DNA of 48,041 bases. Origin: Parcubacteria group bacterium. Lineage in GTDB: Bacteria; Patescibacteriota; Minisyncoccia; Phycocordibacterales; CSBR16-119. The position numbers and the translations under genes were made by a program. The notes beneath the pieces were generated by a model. It ran no database searches, was not told the origin of the DNA, and worked only from the letters and a program-made list of their open reading frames with translations. This document shows, one piece after another, positions 17,011 through 29,099 of this stretch; positions within the stretch are counted from its first letter, which is position 1; each line of letters starts with the position of its first letter. Location of the stretch: the NCBI GenBank assembly GCA_943356745.1, contig CALRFT010000006.1, forward strand, positions 1-48,041, given 5' to 3'.

Positions 17011-18081
17011 ATGAACAACTACGAACAAAAATTACATGATGTAATATCATATGCGTTTCGTGAACAAGCTTCGGATATTCACTTGGCATCTGAACGTTTC
17101 CCTATGATGCGTGTTTCTGGTGAATTAATACAAATTCCAAATCTTGAAGCACTTTCATTGGATGACGTTGTTTCTATTTTGGCAGTTATGGTATCTAATC
17201 ATGACAAAATAGAAGATGTTTTGTTGAAACGTCGAGAGGAGCTTGATTTTGCGTATGAATTTGATCATTCTATTCGCCTTCGTGGAAGTGCTTATTTTCA
17301 GCAGGGAAGACTTTCTGTTGCACTTCGTGTTATTCCAAAAGTAAAAACTTTCGAAGAACTGCAACTTCCATCAATTTTGAAAGATTTTACAAGAATCAAG
17401 CAAGGTTTTTTCTTGATCGTTGGTCCGGTCGGGCAGGGTAAATCAACAACGATGGCCGCAATGATTGATCTTATAAATCAAGAGAGAAGAGAACATATTA
17501 TTACAATCGAACAACCAATTGAGTATGTTTTTCAAGAGTCTAAATCAATTATCGATCAACGAGAAGTTGGTCTTGATACTGGCTCATTTGAATCAGCGCT
17601 TAAGTCTGCTTTCCGTCAAGATGCAAATGTGATTATGATTGGAGAAATGAGAGATTCAGAAACGATTGCTGCTGCTGTTACTGCCGCTGAGACGGGTCAT
17701 TTTGTTATTTCTACTCTCCATACAAATAATGCGTCCCAAACAATTGATAGAATTATTGATTCTTTTCCAGGTGATCAACAAGAGCAAATTAGAACACAAC
17801 TAGCAAATTCACTCACTGGAATATTGTCTCAGAGATTAATTCCAAAAGTCTCAGGTGGACTTGTTCCTGCTTTTGAACTTCTTGTGAACACAAAAGCCGT
17901 GGCGAATCTAATTCGAGAAGGAAGAACACATGAGATTGATATTCTTATCGAAACAGGAAGAGAACATGGTATGATTGATATGAGTTATAGTTTAGCAACC
18001 CTTGTTCAACAAGGACAGATAAGTGTTGATAATGCTAAACGGTATGCTTTTAATGAAAAATCTTTGTCTAGTATTTTATAA
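17011..18081 (+). CDS. pilT: Type IV pilus retraction ATPase PilT
   Basis: GPVGQGKST, QREVGLDT, GEMRD, AAETGH, STLHTN and AVANLIRE. Confidence 0.93.
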   Translation: MNNYEQKLHDVISYAFREQASDIHLASERFPMMRVSGELIQIPNLEALSLDDVVSILAVMVSNHDKIEDVLLKRREELDFAYEFDHSIRLRGSAYFQQGRLSVALRVIPKVKTFEELQLPSILKDFTRIKQGFFLIVGPVGQGKSTTMAAMIDLINQERREHIITIEQPIEYVFQESKSIIDQREVGLDTGSFESALKSAFRQDANVIMIGEMRDSETIAAAVTAAETGHFVISTLHTNNASQTIDRIIDSFPGDQQEQIRTQLANSLTGILSQRLIPKVSGGLVPAFELLVNTKAVANLIREGRTHEIDILIETGREHGMIDMSYSLATLVQQGQISVDNAKRYAFNEKSLSSIL

Positions 18082-18091
18082 ATAAATTATT

Positions 18092-19294
18092 ATGCTTTTT
18101 ACATACCAAGCACTTGACCAAGCGGGAGCAAAAAAAAGTGGAACAATCGATGCTCTCAATAAAACAGTCGCAATAAGCGCCCTTCAAAGAAGAGGTCTTA
18201 TTGTTGTTTCGATTCGTGGGGAAGAGGAAAAAGGAGTTTTTCAAATGACTTTTTTTGAAAGAGTTCCTCTTCGAGATGTTGTAGTAATGTCGCGTCAAAT
18301 TTCAACTCTTTTTTCTTCTCAGATTTCAGCATTAAAAGCTTTTACGCTTCTTGGTACAACAACAGAAAATCCACTTCTTCGAAAACAACTTCTTCAAATT
18401 GGAAATGACCTCCAAGCAGGGTCTTCAATATCAGCAGCGCTTTCAAGACATCCTGAATCTTTCTCAAGTTTCTATATCTCAATGGTAAAGGCTGGGGAAG
18501 AGTCTGGAAAGTTAAATGAAGTATTTGATTTTCTTGCGGATTATCTTGATAGGCAGTATGAACTTACCTCAAAAGCAAGAAACGCTTTAATTTACCCAGC
18601 GTTCGTTATTGTGGTATTTATTGTGGTGATGGTTCTTATGTTCACTATGGTAATTCCAAATCTTTCAAAGCTTCTTTTGGAATCTGGACAAGAAATTCCT
18701 GTGTACACACGTGTGGTTATTGGAATTAGTGAATTTTTTGTAAACTATGGAGTGTTTATTCTTATTCTTCTTGCTGTTGTTGCTGTGTATCTTTTCTTTT
18801 CTGCACGAAAAGAATCAGGTAAGCGAGCTCTAGATCATCTCAAAATCTCAACACCGTTGATTGGAAGTTTGTATAAGAAAATGTATCTTGCTCGTATTGC
18901 AGACAACCTCCATACAATGCTTTCATCCGGTATCCCAATTCTTCGATCTATTGAAATTACAGGTGAAGTGGTGGGTAATAAAATATATTCTGATATTATG
19001 AAAAAGTCAGAAGAGGCAGTAAAAGCAGGATCATCTTTCTCAAAAGCTCTTTCTCAATATCCAGAAGTACCAGCGCTTCTAACTCAAATGATTCAGGTTG
19101 GAGAAGAAACAGGATCTCTTGGTGATATTTTAAAAACTCTTTCAGGTTTTTACAAACGAGAGGTAGACGATGCTGTTGATACACTGATTGGTTTGATTGA
19201 ACCAATTATGATCGTACTACTTGCTCTTGGGGTAGGTGTTCTTTTGGCGGCTGTTCTTGTCCCAATCTACAATATTGCTTCAGGAATTGTATAA
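18092..19294 (+). CDS. pilC: Type IV pilus platform protein PilC (GspF family)
   Basis: GEESGKL, ALIYP, GEETGSL and LIEP; three TM segments. Confidence 0.95.
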   Translation: MLFTYQALDQAGAKKSGTIDALNKTVAISALQRRGLIVVSIRGEEEKGVFQMTFFERVPLRDVVVMSRQISTLFSSQISALKAFTLLGTTTENPLLRKQLLQIGNDLQAGSSISAALSRHPESFSSFYISMVKAGEESGKLNEVFDFLADYLDRQYELTSKARNALIYPAFVIVVFIVVMVLMFTMVIPNLSKLLLESGQEIPVYTRVVIGISEFFVNYGVFILILLAVVAVYLFFSARKESGKRALDHLKISTPLIGSLYKKMYLARIADNLHTMLSSGIPILRSIEITGEVVGNKIYSDIMKKSEEAVKAGSSFSKALSQYPEVPALLTQMIQVGEETGSLGDILKTLSGFYKREVDDAVDTLIGLIEPIMIVLLALGVGVLLAAVLVPIYNIASGIV

Positions 19295-19370
19295 AAATAT
19301 CCACAGGTTCTTTAAAAAAGGCTTGATATAATGAAAATGTCTTAAAATTTATTAATAGATATTTAGTATT

Positions 19371-19781
19371 ATGAATAAAAATAAAAAATCAGGATTTACC
19401 CTTATCGAACTTCTTGTGGTGGTGGCGATTATTGGTATCCTTGCATCTCTTGTGATTGCATCTTTGAACCAAGCTCGATCTCGAGGAATTGATGCTGCGA
19501 TTAAAGGAACAATGTCTTCAATGCGAGCACAGGCAGAAATTGCATATGATGATAATAATGATTATGATGGAATCTGCGGAGGAATATTACTTCCTTTAAT
19601 AACAGATGTTGATTCAAAAAATGGAGACACTGTTGGGGTGGAATGTAATGCCTCTGGTCAGACCTGGGCAGCTGCTTCACGACTAACCTCGAGTACGACA
19701 GAGGGATTCTGTGTGGACCATACTGGCTTCGCTGGTACTATAACAACATCCCTTGGATCAGTTACAACTTGTCCTCAATAA
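19371..19781 (+). CDS. Major type IV pilin
   Basis: KSG|FTLIELLVVVAIIGILA; it has its own TGaTATAAT promoter (19324-19332) and terminator; C-terminal Cys residues including FCVD. Confidence 0.9.
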   Translation: MNKNKKSGFTLIELLVVVAIIGILASLVIASLNQARSRGIDAAIKGTMSSMRAQAEIAYDDNNDYDGICGGILLPLITDVDSKNGDTVGVECNASGQTWAAASRLTSSTTEGFCVDHTGFAGTITTSLGSVTTCPQ

Positions 19782-19822
19782 AAATAAAAAAACCTCTCTT
19801 TTGAGAGGATTTTTTATTTTTT
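19780..19822 (+). terminator. Terminator after the major pilin
   Basis: AAAAATAAAAAAACCTCTC-tttt-GAGAGGATTTTTTATTTTTT. Confidence 0.8.
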
Positions 19823-19839
19823 AATGATACAATTACAAT

Positions 19840-20649
19840 ATGTATTTTTTGCTTTCAATTTTTTCTTTTATTTTCGGAACATTAGTTGGTTCATTTTTGA
19901 ATGTTGTTATTCTTAGGCATGGAACCGGAATGGGGCTTGGTGGAAGGTCTCGATGTGTTAGCTCAGGAAATATTTTGAAATGGTATGAACTTATTCCTGT
20001 GGTTAGTTTTATAATTCAAAAAGGAAGATCAAGATATACAGGAGCAAAATTATCATGGCAATATCCGTTGGTTGAAATACTTACAGGATTTCTATTTTTA
20101 CTTTCTTTTAAGAATGCATTTTCGATGTTTGGTTTTTTACATGACACAGCTTTGATTATCTCTTTCTTCTTTTTCACTCTAGTTTCAATTTTTATTGTTT
20201 TAGTATCTGTCTACGATATCAAACATATGATAATTCCAAATCAGTTTATCTATCCACTGATTGGACTTTCTTTTGTTCAGCTTTTCATCTCCCTCCCTTC
20301 ACTCGCTTTTGAAATCCCTTCTGTTTGGCTACTTCTTTCCGGTCCAATTCTAGCACTGCCTTTTGTTTTGCTTTGGTTTGTCTCTCAAGGAAAATGGATG
20401 GGTTTTGCTGATTCAAAAGTAGCTTTGGTAATTGGGTGGTTTTTGGGTGTGTCACAAGGTTTTTTTGCAATAATTATTTCTTTTTGGATTGGCGCAGTTA
20501 TTGGCGTTTTATTGTATCTTTACGCAAAAATTCTAAAAAAGAAAACAATTCACCATGTGCCTTTCGGTCCCTTTCTTCTCACAGGTCTTATTCTTAGTTT
20601 CTTGTATAATATAGACATCGGAACTTTTATTAGCCTTCTATATTCATGA
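19840..20649 (+). CDS. pilD: Prepilin peptidase PilD (A24)
   Basis: GSFLNVVILR, WYELIPVVSF, YPLVE, catalytic Asp motifs YDIKH and MGFADSK, and VPFGPFL. Confidence 0.92.
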   Translation: MYFLLSIFSFIFGTLVGSFLNVVILRHGTGMGLGGRSRCVSSGNILKWYELIPVVSFIIQKGRSRYTGAKLSWQYPLVEILTGFLFLLSFKNAFSMFGFLHDTALIISFFFFTLVSIFIVLVSVYDIKHMIIPNQFIYPLIGLSFVQLFISLPSLAFEIPSVWLLLSGPILALPFVLLWFVSQGKWMGFADSKVALVIGWFLGVSQGFFAIIISFWIGAVIGVLLYLYAKILKKKTIHHVPFGPFLLTGLILSFLYNIDIGTFISLLYS

Positions 20650-21326
20650 GTGTATTTTCATTTACAAAAAATCTGAAAGCTGGAATGACCTCGATTGAAC
20701 TCGTTGTTGTGTTTAGTATTTTTGCAGCTCTTGCTGCAACGGTACTTTTTAACTATCGAGAATTTAGTACGAATATCAAACTCCAAAATCTTGCCCAAGA
20801 TATCGCGCTTCAAATTAGACAAGCACAAAATAGATCTGTATCTGGTTCTTATCCAAATTTAAATAGTGCACAACTTCCTCCTAGTATAAACTGGACTCCA
20901 AGTTATGGTTTATATTTTTCTACAGAAGAGGCGCTCAGTAATCAATTTATTTTATTTTTTGATAGAAATGATTCAGCAATTAGTGATCCTCAGCCTTTTA
21001 ATTTTGGAGATAGACAAATACCACAAGGTGATATTGATTGTAATTCAACAGATACAAACTCAGAATGTCTGGATATTATTCAAATTACAACAGGGGAGAG
21101 GATTACGGATATTTGTTTAGACGAATTTAGTTATGGGAATGGAGATTGTGATTCTGCAGAAGATATCCATATTGTTTTTTCTCGACCATTAAATAGAGCT
21201 TATATTTCATATACTGGAATGCCTCAAGATGTTTTTATTTCTGATGTATCTTTGTATGTAGTATCGGTTGATGGACTATCTTCTGTTATAAGAGTAACTG
21301 CAACGGGTCAAATTATCGTTGAATAA
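20646..21326 (+). CDS. Minor pilin (FimT/FimU-like)
   Basis: AG|MTSIELVVV prepilin motif; ATGA overlap with pilD. Confidence 0.8.
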   Translation: MSVFSFTKNLKAGMTSIELVVVFSIFAALAATVLFNYREFSTNIKLQNLAQDIALQIRQAQNRSVSGSYPNLNSAQLPPSINWTPSYGLYFSTEEALSNQFILFFDRNDSAISDPQPFNFGDRQIPQGDIDCNSTDTNSECLDIIQITTGERITDICLDEFSYGNGDCDSAEDIHIVFSRPLNRAYISYTGMPQDVFISDVSLYVVSVDGLSSVIRVTATGQIIVE

Positions 21327-21329
21327 TAC

Positions 21330-22004
21330 ATGAAAATTTGTAAACAAAAATCCTATATTGAAAACAAGAAAGGCTTTACTTTGGTAGAAGTTCTTGTTTC
21401 AGTTACTTTGTTTACAGTCGTTGCTGTGGTAGGTATTTCTGCTGTGATTGTTGCAAAATCTGCATATGAAAAAAATCAAGCAATAAAAGCAACAAGTGAT
21501 TCACTTATGTTTGTTGTTGAAGATATTTCTCGAACAGCACGTCTCGGGGATCTATATCGTTGTTTGCCTTCAGTGGTTCCAAGTATTAACTTGGAAGATA
21601 TTGAGTCTCCTCAAGATAGTATTCCAGGTCAAAATTGTTATGGTGTGGCTTATGAGCCATTTTGGAATATGACTTCTGGAGACCCTGAGGATCAGATTAT
21701 TTACGCATTTGCGCCGGTTGAAGATGATGGTGAAATTGTCGGGGCTCTTTTCGCACGTAGCTTAGACGATCAAACAGCAGGAGGTTTAATTGGTATTAAT
21801 GATGGTTATTTTCAAAGAATTACTCCAAGAAATTTGAATATCGATTTAGAAAGATCAGGCTTTGATGTTGTTGGATCGGAAGATTTTATATCACAACCTC
21901 GAATTGTTATGAGAATTCATGGGACGATTACTGAAAGAAATCAAACAACAGAGTTGTCTCTTCAGACAACAATTTCACAGCGTGCTATTCGTGTTCAACC
22001 ATAA
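21330..22004 (+). CDS. Minor pilin (PilW/GspJ-like)
   Basis: KG|FTLVEVLVS; C-terminal LQTTISQR. Confidence 0.85.
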   Translation: MKICKQKSYIENKKGFTLVEVLVSVTLFTVVAVVGISAVIVAKSAYEKNQAIKATSDSLMFVVEDISRTARLGDLYRCLPSVVPSINLEDIESPQDSIPGQNCYGVAYEPFWNMTSGDPEDQIIYAFAPVEDDGEIVGALFARSLDDQTAGGLIGINDGYFQRITPRNLNIDLERSGFDVVGSEDFISQPRIVMRIHGTITERNQTTELSLQTTISQRAIRVQP

Positions 22005-22006
22005 TC

Positions 22007-22549
22007 ATGTTTACAAAAATACACACAAAACAATATAGTTATGAATACAAAAAAGGATTTACCATTATCGAAGCTTTGGTGGCTATTTTTATTCTGACTG
22101 TTTCTGTAACTGCACTGATGTCTGTAGTAACTCAAGGTATTTTTAATTCTTCATATATTAAAAATAAAGCAGTTGCAATTTCTTTAGCTCAGGAAGGTAT
22201 GGAACTTGTTCGAAATATTCAAGACTCAGCTTTGTTGTCTAACGAATATGTTGATTTCGACTCGTTGGCTTCAGATGTTTTTCCCCCTTGTGTTTCTAAT
22301 GATGGGGTTTGTACAATTGACCCACTCTCTCTTGAGGTTGCTTCTTGTCAGGATGAATGTCCGCTTCGTTTATCTGATACAGGTTATTTTAATTATACCT
22401 ATGGAGAAGTGAGTCCTTTTACTCGTACTATTACAATGAATTCAGATACGGTTGATTCTGGAACTGTAGAGGTTATTGTGTCCTGGGTACAGGGAAATAC
22501 TCCCCGCGAAGTTGCGTATCAATCAAATCTATTTCTTTGGATAGAATAA
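22007..22549 (+). CDS. Minor pilin (PilV/GspI-like)
   Basis: KG|FTIIEALVAI; AISLAQEGMELVRN. Confidence 0.85.
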   Translation: MFTKIHTKQYSYEYKKGFTIIEALVAIFILTVSVTALMSVVTQGIFNSSYIKNKAVAISLAQEGMELVRNIQDSALLSNEYVDFDSLASDVFPPCVSNDGVCTIDPLSLEVASCQDECPLRLSDTGYFNYTYGEVSPFTRTITMNSDTVDSGTVEVIVSWVQGNTPREVAYQSNLFLWIE

Positions 22550-22553
22550 ATAT

Positions 22554-23018
22554 ATGAATATCATATCTTACAAACAAGGTTTTATATCTCTATTCACAGT
22601 TCTACTCGCAACTGTGATTTTGGCTATTACGATTGGTATGTCTTCGGTTGCTTTAAAACAAATCGTACTGACTTCAACGGTTGATGATTCAAACGAAGCC
22701 TTTTATGCTGCTGATTCTGCTCTTCAATGTGCAATTATGCTTGATGTTCAAGGTATTTTCCAAGTTGGAGGTCCTGATGAAGTTTACTGTGGTTCAATAG
22801 GTCCAATTTCTATTGACGACAGTGACTCAGGTATTTTTATTTTTAATCAACAGACAAATGGATTTGAGTGGGCTAATTCAAACTGTACTCGAGTTCGTGT
22901 GGAAAAAGATGCTGCTGCGACTCAAATTGAAGCACTTGGATATAATGTTACCTGTGACCAAGTTGGGCAAAGTCCAAGAACTGTAGAGCGTGCCCTACGG
23001 GTAAGGTATGGAAATTAA
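22554..23018 (+). CDS. Minor pilin (PilX-like, lacks Glu5)
   Basis: QG|FISLFTVLL; AFYAADSALQCA. Confidence 0.8.
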   Translation: MNIISYKQGFISLFTVLLATVILAITIGMSSVALKQIVLTSTVDDSNEAFYAADSALQCAIMLDVQGIFQVGGPDEVYCGSIGPISIDDSDSGIFIFNQQTNGFEWANSNCTRVRVEKDAAATQIEALGYNVTCDQVGQSPRTVERALRVRYGN

Positions 23019-25061
<2,043 letters not shown>

Positions 25062-25087
25062 ATTTGATATACTACATAGTATAAAGT

Positions 25088-25579
25088 ATGAAGCACGAAA
25101 ATAACTTTTTCATGTATGCAATAGCATCTGCATTTCTCATGGTATCAGGAATGATGCTTATTTCGAGTGCTTCTTATGAAAGAAATGTTAATCTTTCAGC
25201 AAACATTGTTTCTGTTACAGCTATTGTTCCCGAAAAGGAAATATATAAACCATATTCAGTATCAGGCTCTATTACTGGTTTGGATGAAAATTCAAAACAG
25301 GTTGTAAAAGTTTCTTTGTGGCGTGAAAATGGAGACGGCGCAATGAAGCAGATTGATTCTCTGCAGTTAAATGAAACAACAGGATTTTCTTACTCATTTG
25401 AAAATCTGCGAGCTGGGTTATATGCTCTCAAACTCGAACCAAGTGATGGGGTAGATGTTTTGGAACCAAGGGCATTTATTCAAGGTATTTCTGAAAGTTC
25501 ACATATTATGTTTATCTCAACCACGCCGGAATATGTAAACTACATCGCTCCTAATTTCACAGTTTCAGAGACTTTATAA
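25088..25579 (+). CDS. Hypothetical membrane-anchored protein with an Ig/prealbumin-like domain
   Basis: N-terminal hydrophobic segment; SVSGSI...YSFENLRAGLYAL. Confidence 0.6.
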   Translation: MKHENNFFMYAIASAFLMVSGMMLISSASYERNVNLSANIVSVTAIVPEKEIYKPYSVSGSITGLDENSKQVVKVSLWRENGDGAMKQIDSLQLNETTGFSYSFENLRAGLYALKLEPSDGVDVLEPRAFIQGISESSHIMFISTTPEYVNYIAPNFTVSETL

Positions 25580-25622
25580 GGGTATCTTGCGCTTATAAGT
25601 CATACAAACTATACTTATCACC

Positions 25623-25898
25623 ATGACACATGAAGAAATAAAAAAGCTCGGTTTCCTTGCTCGAATTGAGGTTTCTGAAGAAGATACTGTCCGCTTTGCG
25701 GGAGATATGGATAATATTCTTAACTTTTTAAAGCAGATTGAATCTGTTGATGTTTCAGATGTTACTCCAGTACATCGTTTTAAAAATGTTTCTCGGGAAG
25801 ATGGAAATCCATATGAAAAAGGTCAATTCTCTCAAGATCTTTTGGCGGAAGCTCCAGATGTGCAAGATGGTTTTATTAAGGTAAAGAAAATTCTCTAA
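25623..25898 (+). CDS. gatC: Asp/Glu-tRNA amidotransferase subunit C
   Basis: LARI, NVSRED and AP..DGFIKVKKIL; adjacent to gatA. Confidence 0.92.
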   Translation: MTHEEIKKLGFLARIEVSEEDTVRFAGDMDNILNFLKQIESVDVSDVTPVHRFKNVSREDGNPYEKGQFSQDLLAEAPDVQDGFIKVKKIL

Positions 25899-25900
25899 AT

Positions 25901-27325
25901 ATGGAAATCGATATTCTCAAACTTACTGTAGCAAAAGCTCATGAAGATATGAAAGCAGGTCTTTATACTCCAAAAGATTTGTTTTTTGCTTGTAAAAAAA
26001 ATATTGATGAAAGAAATGATTCAATTAATGCATTCCTTGAGGTTTTTGATGATGCAGAAGAAATGGCAATAAGGGCGGGTGAGATGTTTCAAAATGGAAC
26101 AGCAACTCTTATGACTGGAATCCCTGTTTCTTTGAAAGATAATATTTTATACAAAGGTCATCGAGTGAGTGAATCATCAAAAATTCTTGAAGGATACAAA
26201 GCTCCGTATGATTCAAAAGCAGTTGAAGAGCTCAAAAAAGTCGGCGCTGTGATTATTGGACGAACAAATATGGATGAATTTGCTATGGGTTCTTCAACAG
26301 AGTCAAGTGCGTATGGAATTACAAAAAACCCATTAGACGAAACAAGAGTTCCAGGGGGTTCTTCAGGTGGAGCGGCGGCAAGTGTTGCTATGGGTGGATG
26401 TCTTGTTGCTCTTGGATCTGACACAGCGGGATCTGTTCGACAACCTGCAGGTTTCTGTGGAGTTGTTGGACTGAAGCCAAGTTATGGAACTGTTTCCCGA
26501 AGTGGGCTTATGTCTATGGGATCTTCACTTGATGTTATTGGACTACTTGGAAAAACAGTTGAATGTGCACGAGCTGCATATGATGTGATTGCTGTAGCTG
26601 ATTCACTCGACGGAACTTCTGTTTCAGATGAAATGAGAAAAGCTGTTGTTTCAAAACCAGTTACAAAAATCGGTATTCCAAGAGCCTTTGTGCAAATGGA
26701 AGGAGTCACAGAAGAAGTGAAGCAGAGATTTTTTGAAACTCTTGAAAAACTAAAACAAAATGGATATGAGATTATAGACATTGAACTTCCACATATTCAT
26801 TACTCACTTCCAACATATTACATCGTAATGCCGGCTGAAGTTTCAACAAATCTTGCGCGGTATGATGGTGTAAGATTTGGGCTTTCTGTTCCAGGAAAGA
26901 ATCCAGATGAATCATATATGAAAACTCGAGAGACTGGATTTGGGAGAGAAGTAAAGCGAAGAATCTTGCTTGGTACTTATGTGCTTTCTCATGGATATGC
27001 TGATGCATACTATAATAAGGCGATTAAGGTACGTCATAAAATTACAAAAGAAATTGAAGAAGTTCTTAAAACTGTGGATGTTATTGTAACACCAACATCG
27101 CCAGCACCAGCATTTCAGTTTGGTGAAAAACAAGACCCTCTTCAATTGTACGCTGCTGATATTTTTACTGTACCAGCAAACATTGCAGATATTCCAGCGA
27201 TTTCGATTCCAAACGGAATGAATAAGCAAAATCTTCCGCTTGATATTCAAGTCATGGGTTCATATCTTCATGATCAAGACATGCTCTCGTTTGCTCAAAA
27301 ACTCGAACAAATAATTTCACAATAG
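25901..27325 (+). CDS. gatA: Asp/Glu-tRNA amidotransferase subunit A
   Basis: Amidase signature: KDN, NMDEFAMGSS, PGGSSGG, GSDTAGSVRQPA and NLARYDG. Confidence 0.97.
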   Translation: MEIDILKLTVAKAHEDMKAGLYTPKDLFFACKKNIDERNDSINAFLEVFDDAEEMAIRAGEMFQNGTATLMTGIPVSLKDNILYKGHRVSESSKILEGYKAPYDSKAVEELKKVGAVIIGRTNMDEFAMGSSTESSAYGITKNPLDETRVPGGSSGGAAASVAMGGCLVALGSDTAGSVRQPAGFCGVVGLKPSYGTVSRSGLMSMGSSLDVIGLLGKTVECARAAYDVIAVADSLDGTSVSDEMRKAVVSKPVTKIGIPRAFVQMEGVTEEVKQRFFETLEKLKQNGYEIIDIELPHIHYSLPTYYIVMPAEVSTNLARYDGVRFGLSVPGKNPDESYMKTRETGFGREVKRRILLGTYVLSHGYADAYYNKAIKVRHKITKEIEEVLKTVDVIVTPTSPAPAFQFGEKQDPLQLYAADIFTVPANIADIPAISIPNGMNKQNLPLDIQVMGSYLHDQDMLSFAQKLEQIISQ

Positions 27326-27335
27326 AAAACTTTTT

Positions 27336-27365
27336 ACATAGCTCCATGATATAATGGAGCTATGT
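27336..27365. promoter_or_regulatory. 12-bp perfect inverted repeat centred on the -10 box and covering the start codon
   Basis: acatagctccat-gatata-atggagctatgt; TATAAT at 27350-27355, ATG at 27362. Confidence 0.6.
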
Positions 27366-28078
27366 TTAATTCTGGTAACTTTGAACCAACATATTTAAAT
27401 GTCGAATACCTCTTCTTCTTGGTTTATAGACTTTTTAAAGGAATTGTAAATTTCTTTAAGGGGCTTTTTACTGGTTTTAGTGGAGAGTCGAGATTTCTAA
27501 AATTTTATACAAGCACTGGAGGTGAAGGGAACTGTAATCCATTTCTTGGTGATATTTGTTCTTCTACTACCTCTGGAGATGTTGGTGGGATTTCTTCTTC
27601 TGGAGCGGCTGCGTTTGGAATGGGGCTTCGTGTTTTTCTTATAATCCTCATCCTTCTTCTTTTGTGGGTGATTATCTACTCGTATCGTGAATGGAAAAAA
27701 GTAAAAGACGCATCGGATAAACATATTGAAGGTTTAATACCTATTGAAACACCAGAGCAAAAAGAAAATAAACGATGGAAACATGTCCAAGAGTTGATTG
27801 CAACAAACAATCCGAATGATTGGCGAATGGCAATTCTTGAGGCGGATTCAATGCTTGAAGATTTAACTATTGCGATGAACGTGCCCGGTGATACACTTGG
27901 AGAAAGACTCAAGGCTATTGAACCAAGTGATTTTCTTACACTTCAAAATGCTTGGGAAGGTCACAAAGTGCGAAACCTTATCGCTCATCAGGGAAGCACG
28001 TTTCAGCTTGATCAAAGAACAGCTCTGAATGCTATAAAGAATTTTGAAGCAGTATTTCAAGAGTTTGAGGTGATTTAA
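27362..28078 (+). CDS. Conserved hypothetical membrane protein
   Basis: TM segments; C-terminal WRMAILEADSML...GDTLGERLK...AWEGHKVRNLIAH with a HEPN/DUF4145-like RNxIAH motif. Confidence 0.7.
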   Translation: MFNSGNFEPTYLNVEYLFFLVYRLFKGIVNFFKGLFTGFSGESRFLKFYTSTGGEGNCNPFLGDICSSTTSGDVGGISSSGAAAFGMGLRVFLIILILLLLWVIIYSYREWKKVKDASDKHIEGLIPIETPEQKENKRWKHVQELIATNNPNDWRMAILEADSMLEDLTIAMNVPGDTLGERLKAIEPSDFLTLQNAWEGHKVRNLIAHQGSTFQLDQRTALNAIKNFEAVFQEFEVI

Positions 28079-28085
28079 AAACAAT

Positions 28086-28115
28086 AAAACCATCCTTTTG
28101 AAAAGGATAGTTTTT
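28086..28115 (+). terminator. Terminator-like hairpin
   Basis: AAAACCATCCTTTT-g-AAAAGGATAGTTTT. Confidence 0.65.
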
Positions 28116-28140
28116 AGTAAATTATGATATTATTTTAAAT

Positions 28141-29052
28141 ATGAAAATAGTAATTACAGCAGGGGAAGCTTTTACAGATATAGATGTTTTTGCTTCTGCT
28201 GCCGCTTATTCGGAATTATTAAATCTCAAAGGTATTGAAAATCAAGTTGTTTTACCTGGAATTCTCAATGCTAGTGTGCCTAAAAAAATATTGGAATTAT
28301 TTCAGAATTTTAAAACAAATCCAACGTTTGAAGACTTTGAAGTTGTTATTGTGGATGTTTCTGAGCCTGCATTCGTTGCAAAATTTGTAGATATTGAAAA
28401 TATTTATGAGATCTATGACCATAGGTATGGGTTCGAAGATTTTTGGAGAGAAAAATTAGGTGAAAAATCCCACATTGATATGGTGGGGGCTTGCGCTACT
28501 CTTATTTGGGAAAAATATAAAGAATATGGATATTCTGAATCTATTTCACAAGCTTGTGCCAATTTAATTTCAATTGCAATTGTTTCAAATACTCTTGATT
28601 TTAAATCTTCAGTTACTACACAAAGAGACATTATTGCTTTTGAGGAGTTGTCTAAGTTTACTAATCTTTCAGACACTTGGAAAAAAGATTATTTTAATGA
28701 TGTTGAAAGCTCTATCTTCCAAGATATAAAAAATGCAATAGCTGGAGATACAAAAAAAATTAACTTCGGGGATAACGCAGTTGTTATGGGGCAATTAGAG
28801 TTGTGGAACGGTGGTTCTGTGATTTCGGAATACGCGAAAGATATTGAAGATATAATGAATTCTTTTGATGATGAAAATTGGTTTTTGAGTATAGTTTCTA
28901 TTTCTGAAAATAAAAACTATTTTTATACTAAAAGTGTTTATGTAAAAGATATATTATCAAAAATCATTCCAATTAACTTTAAAGAAGATATTGGGTTTAC
29001 TGATAAACTCTGGTTAAGGAAAGAAATTCGTAAAAAGCTTTTATTGCTTTAA
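28141..29052 (+). CDS. DHH-family phosphoesterase (family II pyrophosphatase/exopolyphosphatase-like)
   Basis: TDID, IVD, DHR (DHH variant), VGACATLI and C-terminal LRK (SRK-like). Confidence 0.75.
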   Translation: MKIVITAGEAFTDIDVFASAAAYSELLNLKGIENQVVLPGILNASVPKKILELFQNFKTNPTFEDFEVVIVDVSEPAFVAKFVDIENIYEIYDHRYGFEDFWREKLGEKSHIDMVGACATLIWEKYKEYGYSESISQACANLISIAIVSNTLDFKSSVTTQRDIIAFEELSKFTNLSDTWKKDYFNDVESSIFQDIKNAIAGDTKKINFGDNAVVMGQLELWNGGSVISEYAKDIEDIMNSFDDENWFLSIVSISENKNYFYTKSVYVKDILSKIIPINFKEDIGFTDKLWLRKEIRKKLLLL

Positions 29053-29059
29053 AAATAAA

Positions 29060-29099
29060 AAAAGAAAAACACCTATTTGAAAATAGGTGTTTTTCTTTT
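29060..29099. terminator. Bidirectional terminator between the DHH gene and tRNA-Asp
   Basis: AAAAGAAAAACACCTATTT-ga-AAATAGGTGTTTTTCTTTT. Confidence 0.85.
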
